Virus record (IMG/VR): IMGVR_UViG_3300018063_000004
Span: 369 to 64,368 of that record
Reading direction: 5' to 3' (one strand)
Length of the DNA stretch: 64,000 nt
From: a virus
Taxonomy: Duplodnaviria > Caudoviricetes
The notes under the pieces are model-generated. The model searched no databases. It saw only the letters and a list, made by a program, of their open reading frames with translations, and was not told the DNA's origin. Every line of letters begins with the position of its first letter. Position 1 is the stretch's first letter. This document shows, in pieces, positions 57,601 through 64,000 of this stretch. The translations under genes were made by a program, and so were the position numbers.

Positions 57601-58798
57601 CGTGATAGACCAGATCGCTCGCATTGGCGAGCGACGCGTGTCGGTAGGTGGTCGCCTCGCCGAGCACGCTCTCTGAGACGCTCGCAACGTTGTCTCTCGG
57701 AATCTCCGCCACATTCGCAAACGCACCTGCTGGACTGAATTGATCGAACGCGCCTTGGCCGGTGACGGGGAAGGGATACACACGAACAAACGTCGGAATG
57801 TGGGCTAACGCCGCATCTGCGCCGGTGCCGAGATCCCAGATCACGTCATCGTAATTAATCTCACGGTTGCAGGACGGACCGGCGCCGACCTGGCCGCACC
57901 TAACGACGTCCGGCATCGTAAACGAGCTGCTGTTGTGAAACTTCTCGAGCGCGATGCCTTGCACGGTTCCGAGTTCTCTGAAATGCACGTCCTCGCCGCT
58001 TGCTGTCTGAGTCGTGCAACCGAGAGTTTTAATCATGGAATGAAGAGGGAACGTATCGACGGTCCATCCCCCTCCATTCGCCAGGGACAAATTCACCGAG
58101 TCGAGCAAATTAATGTCATATCCGCTGACCATCGCCGCGATTTTATCGAACTCGAATGTGCCGCTCGGTGGAGTCAATCTGGCAGCATTGGTCGGCTCGC
58201 TACCGGGGGGAGGACACCCTGGTGCAATTGAGACTGAGTTCAGGTCGGCGAAAATTGATTCGTTCGCTTCACTGGTAAAGCCGACCACGAGAGCCGGGCT
58301 TGCGAGACCGTTCGTTCCCACGTCATACACATCGATCGTTCCGCGAATCCGGAACTCGTTGTCTGTGCCGGCTGTCCGCAAGCCGTGAATCCGAAAATCT
58401 GCGTAATACCATCGGCCAAGAGAGGTCGATCCCTGATAGGCGGATGGCGGCGAGAACCCGCCCGATCCGTTCCTGCGGAGCGCGCCGGTTGTATTCATTT
58501 CCAGGCGCAGTTCTGGCACGCCGGAGAATACGCCCACGTGAAAATCGGTCACGCTTGGGAACGTGATCGGCTGAAAACAGATACGGGCCCGGAGGTCGAA
58601 CAGCTCGCTGGCGTTCAGTGTCAACGCGGCGAGGTTCACGTTGACGCCTCCATTGACGGTCGGCGTCGTGATCTTTCCGTTGTAGCGCCAGTTCCCAGAA
58701 CGCGCCAACGCGGCATCATTGATGAGGCTGCCGCCGAACATGGCGACCCCTGATTGATCGCCGGCCTCCGCGCCCCAAATACCTCGGACTCTCGCCAT
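54605..58798 (-). CDS. Tail tip / hub protein with fibre and Ig-like domains
   Basis: 1397 aa after Dit; VPFIYG, FN3-like segment (WNSVPGAHHYRIYGR), LELGQ. Confidence 0.8.
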   Translation of the reverse strand: MARVRGIWGAEAGDQSGVAMFGGSLINDAALARSGNWRYNGKITTPTVNGGVNVNLAALTLNASELFDLRARICFQPITFPSVTDFHVGVFSGVPELRLEMNTTGALRRNGSGGFSPPSAYQGSTSLGRWYYADFRIHGLRTAGTDNEFRIRGTIDVYDVGTNGLASPALVVGFTSEANESIFADLNSVSIAPGCPPPGSEPTNAARLTPPSGTFEFDKIAAMVSGYDINLLDSVNLSLANGGGWTVDTFPLHSMIKTLGCTTQTASGEDVHFRELGTVQGIALEKFHNSSSFTMPDVVRCGQVGAGPSCNREINYDDVIWDLGTGADAALAHIPTFVRVYPFPVTGQGAFDQFSPAGAFANVAEIPRDNVASVSESVLGEATTYRHASLANASDLVYHVRCYMNATSNGNQHKIVIGAQESSFNFNAFTGDSDASTNRADKSYQEAPLSAAAFAALEFGGKVGTGGSTLTIKNILLEVLGGPAEGEVTFSSGPTPPGPGGVAETQIGLAWAEFTDRAGALHLMSKVTLPDPATYFGGYKEDRVTRWHPVRRALSDRFGQFEGLTFGWRASDVDRKFRGLLGLTATKTFINRPAVVRAIPDKDRRALLTPRTVARGLVRGYAIESELAFEFSGRDTLAVRFESANKKDQIPQRVFTHDDFPNAPETIAGKGQDSLAVPFIYGELSDRNEHDIVVPGDSGTPASVGLNKPQNLTAVVVGAAGTSTYTYGVTALDNRHDQWNQFAKRADHAGETDAAYVTVTNAPSASQASVSRYVQLDWNSVPGAHHYRIYGRAPGGTTNLNLLDSANAALAGNEERYRDGAGPQGGPGGTPAPTRTEIDVEKTDSHPPATNQTVVSGDPGTPNSTIKIDTGHGLVPVISTGLRRINGTDYHECVICGHAGQGTKPITSWYLDGVREQDSTADSGADYLIPGFPGWTAIFGTTYRDFNGRRYTLLYLKKDSKGDEIASGEKTLTVNFRGIETVGNGTGTLIADGLDQYLHCLQNFVLQNYDAGAWLSTPRFADDAEVKLIDETSFAAAKTIGQARVSGGYVGAFIVGNDGERLGARDLLARFNVSFDVDGGFNRKCQWMVSMIDETVAALTAGVPIFDVLDIVGGEFDITDEIEEQFNRVSYRFGQDYTEPVTVEAGPGASSELTMHFLPSGGLVFPIPGQPVKVKVTRGQKGWEHEDEMFNEAAAEELGEEKIADVLEFFMVRAPGVATDIITRRLARSLNPPRLIKFRMPLSGSNLELGQNLLLTHYGGVSSIGWTNHAARLFRHELDLETWSVYLEAYDMQRFVDFLITKGTGQAGDTWSFGLLAGSSTTVTVNARARMQRTVPSMSRGAAQASIGLPPALLQFIDRTPHPMPRLPEWTFNVQRAARPFTAGMAAASASSPMLEA

Positions 58799-58801
58799 AG
58801 G

Positions 58802-59608
58802 TCAGACCGCGCTCGGTGTCGGTTTCAAGCCGCGACTGATTTCTTCAAAAAGAAACGGCAGCGTGTTCCGATCGAGAAAGACGTAGGTTCTGGTTTGTTT
58901 CGGATCGATCAACCGCCCGAACCAGGCGTCGTTCTTCGCCGGATCCGGCACAGCCAGGAACCCGAGGCCTCGGCCGAACGCCCCGCGGCGCAACGAGAGA
59001 AAGTCATTGGCGCCTGCGTCCGTCGTGTCGATTTCGCCGCGGAAGTTCCGCATCTTCGTGCCAAAGCTGTAAATCGTTGAGACACCGTAATCGGTTCGAT
59101 GCTCAATGTGCGGATGATCTTCTTCGTCCTCTGCGCCCCAGATCACGTTATGCACGAGCGTGCGCTTCGTGCCGAGGATGATGATCTCGCCAAGCGCGCA
59201 GATCACCGGATTCGTGCCGACGACGACCAGCCGCCAGAAGCGGAACGTTCTCGAACCGATGCCCGTCAGGTCCAGAAACGGATTCACCGGGAACCCGTCC
59301 TCGTGATAGGCGGGAATCGTGAAAGCTTGATCGATGGTCGGCGCGCCCCAGGAGTCCGTCGCGTTCCCTTGCCAGCGCACGTTGAGACCGGCCTGGAAAT
59401 TGTGATGAATCAGGGCGACGACGTCGACCTGTTTGGCCGTCGTGAAATCGAACACCCAATTACCAGTCGGCGTCGTGAGTTTTGCCGGTTTGGCCGGATT
59501 GAGATCGATGAGATTCGTCGCCGGATAGGCGGCATCGGCCGCGCTTGCGACAATCGTGGCTGTTGCCGCGATATTGTCCGTCGTCCGGCCATAGATCAAT
59601 GTCGCCAT
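58802..59608 (-). CDS. Distal tail protein
   Basis: Directly after tape measure; YPATNL..P, ALIHHN. Confidence 0.7.
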   Translation of the reverse strand: MATLIYGRTTDNIAATATIVASAADAAYPATNLIDLNPAKPAKLTTPTGNWVFDFTTAKQVDVVALIHHNFQAGLNVRWQGNATDSWGAPTIDQAFTIPAYHEDGFPVNPFLDLTGIGSRTFRFWRLVVVGTNPVICALGEIIILGTKRTLVHNVIWGAEDEEDHPHIEHRTDYGVSTIYSFGTKMRNFRGEIDTTDAGANDFLSLRRGAFGRGLGFLAVPDPAKNDAWFGRLIDPKQTRTYVFLDRNTLPFLFEEISRGLKPTPSAV

Positions 59609-59609
59609 C

Positions 59610-62600
59610 TCAGCGGACTCCCAGTGCCTTCTGTGATCGCGTCAGGATTTGATCCCGGTTCGTTTCGAGCGCCTCGAGATAAATCGGAATGCCGCGCCGG
59701 AGGAACCAGCTTTCGAAATTGTCTACGTCGATCGCCTGGACGTTGAAGTTGACGACGGACGGTCCGCCGGCGCCGCCGCCTTGCTGACCGCCGATCCCGA
59801 GCGAGCTGAAGATGTCCTTGAAGAACCGTTGCGGTCCGCCCACTTCGGCCTCGCCGCCTTCGCCGAACCAGGTCAACGTCGGTCTGTTCGCAAAGATCCC
59901 GTGTTGCGCGCCTGGAGGCGGCTCACCGTTCCCATTCGGCGGAGGCGTGAGATCAGGCAAGGGAGGGATATCCCAATTGATCTCCACGTCGATCGGTGGA
60001 ATGTCGATATTCTCAAAGGCGTCAGCGATTTGCCCGGCAGATTGCAACGCGTCGTTCGCTAGGAGATCAAACTGTTTACCGAACGGGCCCACGATCCCGC
60101 CACGTCGGATCCATTCTTGAATTGTCCTAGAAATCGTCTCGGTGAGTTTCTCGCCGCCGGCCTCGCCAGCTTCCTTGAACGTCACCTCGCCAAGTTCAGT
60201 AACGTGTGTGCCCGTGTCCTCGATCGCTAAACTGATCTGCTCGAACCCTGTGAGAATAGGATCGAGCCCGGCCGGCGCGGACTCGCCCACGGCGGCAATC
60301 TGTTGTTCGAGATCCATCAGACTCTTATTGAGCAGCGCGATTTGTGCCAGCGTGCGTGCCTCGATCACGCCCATTTCGCCGGGCAACGTGATGATCCCGC
60401 CCTTGCCGGATCCGGTGTGACGTTGAAGAACGCGGGCCTGTTCTGGCGCTTCATTGGCAAGGCTCTCTATGAGTTTTTGCCGTTCAGCAGCCACGCCGGC
60501 CAATTGCGTCGAGAGTTCATCGAGCCGCGCGGTGCGCGCGGTATCGGCCTCCAATTCCACGTGCGCCGATTGGTCAACGATCGCGGCCATGTCGATCTGC
60601 TTCTGTTTGGCCGCGTCGATCGCCGCGGCCAGCGGTGCAAAGGCGGCGGCGACGGCCTCCGGCCCTTGTTTCGAGGCCGCCCAAAACTGTTGAACATCTG
60701 CCAACGCTTGCTGTTCGGATTTGCCCGTGGCGAGATAGGCATCCCGCACGGCAATCACATCCTTCTTCCACTGTTCGTTCCCGGCTTCGGCGCGCTGTTG
60801 CGCTGTGAGCGTGGAGTCGATCTGTTCTCGGATTTCATCCACGGCGAGGCGGCCGGCTTTTTCTTTTTTGCCGGCGCCGAACAATCCGCCGATCACGCCA
60901 GACAGGCCGCCGATCAGTGCGCCGACCGCCGTGCCGATGCCTGGCACGATTGAGCCGATCAACGCTCCTGTGGCCGCCCCGCTCAATCCGCCGCCAACGG
61001 TGCCCGCCGTCTTGCCAAACTTCGAGCCCAGAAAGGTGCCGAGACCGAAACCAGCGCCGCCGGCGGCCGCGCCGCCAAGGAGTCCTGAGACCGCAATGCC
61101 GCCGAGTGATCCAAGCCCGCCGGCGGCGCCGCCTCCGCCGGCCCCGGTCACGGTCGCCGCGCCAGGCAAGGCTCCCGTGCCAAGCGTCGGAATGGCCAAG
61201 CCCGCGCCGCCCCCGCCGCCGAGCCCCGGGATCCCCCCTTTCAGGATGTCACCGAGGCCTCCGGTGATCCCGGCTTTGCCGCCCGTGATCGCGCCGAGGA
61301 TCCGGTTCAGGCCGAACTTGATGAAATCGTTTGCGATGTCGTTGAAGATGTTCAACAGCGAGGCCTTGATCGATTTCCAGATATCGACGAAGCCTTCCTG
61401 GAAGCCCTTCGCGCCAATCAGCATTTGCGCAAAACTGCCCTCGATGGCGGTTTCGAGATTCTTGAGGCTCGACACGACACCAGGCACGACTTGCGTTTGC
61501 CAAAAACTTGGGATCTCGCCGTTCGCCGCGTTGATCGCATCCTTCGCTTTCTTGAAGGCCTCTTTGATCTGCGCGGGTGTCGCCTCGCCAGACGCGCGGA
61601 TGATCTCGTAATTCCGGACGGCCGCGTCGGCCGTGTCCTGCAATTCCTTCCGCGTCGAAATGCCGAAGGCTTTGAAGGCGCCTGAGAGCTGCGCCGTCTG
61701 TAACTCCGCTTTCATCATTTCCGGCGTGATCATTTGAATCCCGGCGAACACGCTCGGATCGAAGGCGCGCGTCGCGTTGCGCTCCCACTCGGCGATGTCA
61801 TCGATCATCGGGTTCATCGTGCGCCGCGCGGTTTCGAGTGCCGCGGTCGCCAGATCGACGCCGACGCCGGAGAGCTTCGCCGCCTTCGCGAGCGCCTCGT
61901 ATTCCGGCCAGAGCGCCCGCACGACGAGTGTCACGTCCGCGCCTTCGATCCGGGCCCGTTCGACGAGCGTGTTCAGTTCCTTCAGCCTGGCCTGCACGCC
62001 AGGCAGCGTGACGATGCCGAGCTGTTCGAGGGCGTCGCGTTGCTTCTGAATTTCCGCCGCGTATTCCTCGGCCGATTTCTTGCCGGCCTTTTGCGTTTCG
62101 CCGAGTTCCTTCGATTTCTTCTCGAGGAACGTCGTTGCCTCGGCCGAGAGGTTCAGGCTTTTCGGTAGTTCGATCCCCGCTTCCTTGTATTCATTGAACT
62201 TCTGGATGAGGTCTGGTAGCGCGAGGCCGGTCGCGCCAATCTCTCGCGCGACGCGGTTTTGCGTTTCGGCCAGGGTTGTATTCACCAGCGCTCGGTTCTG
62301 CGCGACGGTGAACATAATTTTTTCGTCCTCGAGCGCAATCCGCCGGCGGATGGCTTCATCGGCGGAAATCTTGCCGGACCGCTCAAGAATGTTGATCTCG
62401 GCGGCCTTTTGCAGAATCGTGCGGCCCGCCTCGTTGTTATATTTCTGCGTCTCGAGGGTGACAAACGCGATCGCGTCCGCATACTCGATATGTTTGCCAG
62501 CGCCGAGCGAGATCGCGCGATTGATCACGTCCTGGACGGCGCCAGCCGTTTCGGCGGCCACACGCGCATCCGCCTGTGCCTGTTTCCAGGACACCAACGC

Positions 62601-63773
62601 CACGGCGCCGGCGATCGCGACGGCGCTCACGCCAAGAAAGGCCAGGCGGAGCGCGCCCAGACTGGTGATGAAGCCTGCCGAGGAAGTCGCCGCGGTCCGG
62701 AAATTCGCCCCCAGACCGACGAGTGATCCCGTGAATAATTGGATGACGCTGCCCACATTGAGCAACGCGAGCGCCTTCATGTGCGTGGCCACACCGCCGA
62801 TCACGCCGCCCAATCCAGTGAGGCTCGGAATCCCCAGCGCGGCCGCGGCCCGCATGGCGACCAGCGGCCCAACCAGCGCGCCGACGGCAATCCCGGCCGG
62901 CACGAGCACGGGCGCCAATGCGCCGACGCCTTGCACAAATGGGGTGAGGACCGTGAGCACGGCGCCGAGCACGGGCTGCAGGCCTTTCCCGATCTGTTGC
63001 TGTGCGATCGTGACTTGACTGCTGAATTGGGCTTGCGCGCCGGCGGCCGTTTTCAACAAGCGTTCGGTATCGCCGAGCTGTGGATTCGTTTCCTTGAGGA
63101 TCCCGTTGAACAGCGCCTGCCGCACGCCGGCGTCGGTCGTCGCGCGCGAGAGGTCCTGTGCGGAGAAGCCGGCCTCCGTCAAAATGATCGACAGGTTTTT
63201 CGTGACGCCGGCGTTGTCCACCAGGATCGAATTCCCGTTCTTGATCCCTTCTGTGGCGCTCACAATGGCCTGGCCGAAGTCGAGCGAGCCCTGCCGACCG
63301 AACGCCGCCGAATCCTTAAACCGATCCATCAGCACGATCGCTTGATCGAGCCCGAAGCCCGCGGCGAGGAGATTCTTGAGGCCGGAGGCCGCTTCCCCGA
63401 CGTTGAGCAAGCCATCCGAGGCCAGGCGTTTGGCCGCGTCCTGTGCCAGACCAGCGTCCTGGCTGAAGGCCCTGGCGACGCTCGACAGGCCGATCAGGCC
63501 CGCGTCCAGGCGGTTCGCTTCCACGATCGAGGACTTGAAGGCGCCGACGAGGCCGCGCCCGACCCGTTCGGCGAGCACACCGAGGGCCACGCCGGCGGCC
63601 GTGGACGCGACGCCAGTTCCTCGGATGCCTTTTTCCGTATCGGCAAGTTTCGGCGCCGCCTTCCCGGCCTCGCTGCCGACTTTGCCGAGCCCGCCAGAGA
63701 ACAGATCAATGCTCTGCTGGCCAGCGGCCCTCATGTTGAGCAGAACTTGGACTTCGGTTTGCGAAACAGCCAT
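59610..63773 (-). CDS. Tape measure protein
   Basis: 1387 aa helical A/G-rich; LVDNAGVTKN; Gly-rich hydrophobic segments. Confidence 0.95.
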   Translation of the reverse strand: MAVSQTEVQVLLNMRAAGQQSIDLFSGGLGKVGSEAGKAAPKLADTEKGIRGTGVASTAAGVALGVLAERVGRGLVGAFKSSIVEANRLDAGLIGLSSVARAFSQDAGLAQDAAKRLASDGLLNVGEAASGLKNLLAAGFGLDQAIVLMDRFKDSAAFGRQGSLDFGQAIVSATEGIKNGNSILVDNAGVTKNLSIILTEAGFSAQDLSRATTDAGVRQALFNGILKETNPQLGDTERLLKTAAGAQAQFSSQVTIAQQQIGKGLQPVLGAVLTVLTPFVQGVGALAPVLVPAGIAVGALVGPLVAMRAAAALGIPSLTGLGGVIGGVATHMKALALLNVGSVIQLFTGSLVGLGANFRTAATSSAGFITSLGALRLAFLGVSAVAIAGAVALVSWKQAQADARVAAETAGAVQDVINRAISLGAGKHIEYADAIAFVTLETQKYNNEAGRTILQKAAEINILERSGKISADEAIRRRIALEDEKIMFTVAQNRALVNTTLAETQNRVAREIGATGLALPDLIQKFNEYKEAGIELPKSLNLSAEATTFLEKKSKELGETQKAGKKSAEEYAAEIQKQRDALEQLGIVTLPGVQARLKELNTLVERARIEGADVTLVVRALWPEYEALAKAAKLSGVGVDLATAALETARRTMNPMIDDIAEWERNATRAFDPSVFAGIQMITPEMMKAELQTAQLSGAFKAFGISTRKELQDTADAAVRNYEIIRASGEATPAQIKEAFKKAKDAINAANGEIPSFWQTQVVPGVVSSLKNLETAIEGSFAQMLIGAKGFQEGFVDIWKSIKASLLNIFNDIANDFIKFGLNRILGAITGGKAGITGGLGDILKGGIPGLGGGGGAGLAIPTLGTGALPGAATVTGAGGGGAAGGLGSLGGIAVSGLLGGAAAGGAGFGLGTFLGSKFGKTAGTVGGGLSGAATGALIGSIVPGIGTAVGALIGGLSGVIGGLFGAGKKEKAGRLAVDEIREQIDSTLTAQQRAEAGNEQWKKDVIAVRDAYLATGKSEQQALADVQQFWAASKQGPEAVAAAFAPLAAAIDAAKQKQIDMAAIVDQSAHVELEADTARTARLDELSTQLAGVAAERQKLIESLANEAPEQARVLQRHTGSGKGGIITLPGEMGVIEARTLAQIALLNKSLMDLEQQIAAVGESAPAGLDPILTGFEQISLAIEDTGTHVTELGEVTFKEAGEAGGEKLTETISRTIQEWIRRGGIVGPFGKQFDLLANDALQSAGQIADAFENIDIPPIDVEINWDIPPLPDLTPPPNGNGEPPPGAQHGIFANRPTLTWFGEGGEAEVGGPQRFFKDIFSSLGIGGQQGGGAGGPSVVNFNVQAIDVDNFESWFLRRGIPIYLEALETNRDQILTRSQKALGVR

Positions 63774-63866
63774 AAAAAAAGCGCCCGGCGCGAGTTACCG
63801 ATTGGCAACAGATTGTTGCCACTGGTAAGTTCACGCCGGGCGCTCGGGTCCTCCGTGACGCCGGCG
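63774..63866 (-). promoter_or_regulatory. Attenuator copy upstream of tape measure
   Basis: GGCGT-caCGGAGGACCCGa-GCGCC versus long terminator AGCGCCCGGCG..CGCCGGGCGCT plus T-run, directly followed by ATG. Confidence 0.85.
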
Positions 63867-63904
63867 AATAACTTCCTACGTGAGAAGCGCCGCTTACGAC
63901 TTCA

Positions 63905-64000
63905 TCATCGTTTCTTGCCTGGCATTCGCACCAGCGGGATACTCGACAGCAAGGTCGCGATCATCGTGAGCTGGCCGGCCTGATCTCGTTCCCGATCGAT
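63905..64000 (-). CDS. Probable C-terminus of the frameshifted chaperone (partial)
   Basis: Open frame IDRERDQAGQLTMIATLLSSIPLVRMPGKKR*; expected position before tape measure; frame not certain. Confidence 0.45.
   Translation of the reverse strand: MDRERDQAGQLTMIATLLSSIPLVRMPGKKR

Noticed and set aside
55424-57676. Long plus-strand ORFs (also 6240-7571, 36116-37243, 62739-63983 and others)
   Set aside because: Antisense shadows of well-supported minus-strand genes in high-GC DNA

Overview
The window is almost the whole genome of a high-GC temperate siphovirus, circularly permuted. It opens inside the tail-assembly-chaperone locus and ends in what is probably the 3' end of the same locus, just upstream of the tape-measure gene. 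The integrase and attP are internal, with phage genes on both sides, so this is the excised or virion form. Nearly all genes are on the minus strand. Order: tail/neck/head genes; protease-scaffold-capsid polyprotein; MuF with a metallopeptidase domain; portal; terminase; accessory region (Csp, aberrant tRNA-Gly, ACP, two MTases, HerA-like ATPase); replication initiator; Rad50-like ATPase, exonuclease and RecT; xis/cro/cI; integrase; early genes; lysis; tail tip; tape measure. The host is probably an Acidobacteriota (Vicinamibacteria-like) bacterium, inferred from the SpoVG-like and Csp families and not verified. Most notable findings: (1) a repeated, covarying CGG-AGGAC-CCG hairpin. It overlaps intrinsic terminators ahead of the capsid, tail tube, tape measure and integrase genes and also precedes the lysis-region glycosidase. 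A small DUF2292/YezD-like gene sits next to one copy, so this is a candidate new antitermination or translation switch. (2) Five virion-like proteins with Sec signal peptides, Gln at +1 and even Cys counts. (3) A small membrane protein with an exact 15-aa copy of a tape-measure peptide. (4) Two stand-alone mimics of the repressor C-terminal domain. (5) Two predicted -1 frameshifts. (6) An MTase broken by a micro-inversion. All family assignments come from reading motifs by eye; no database search was run.
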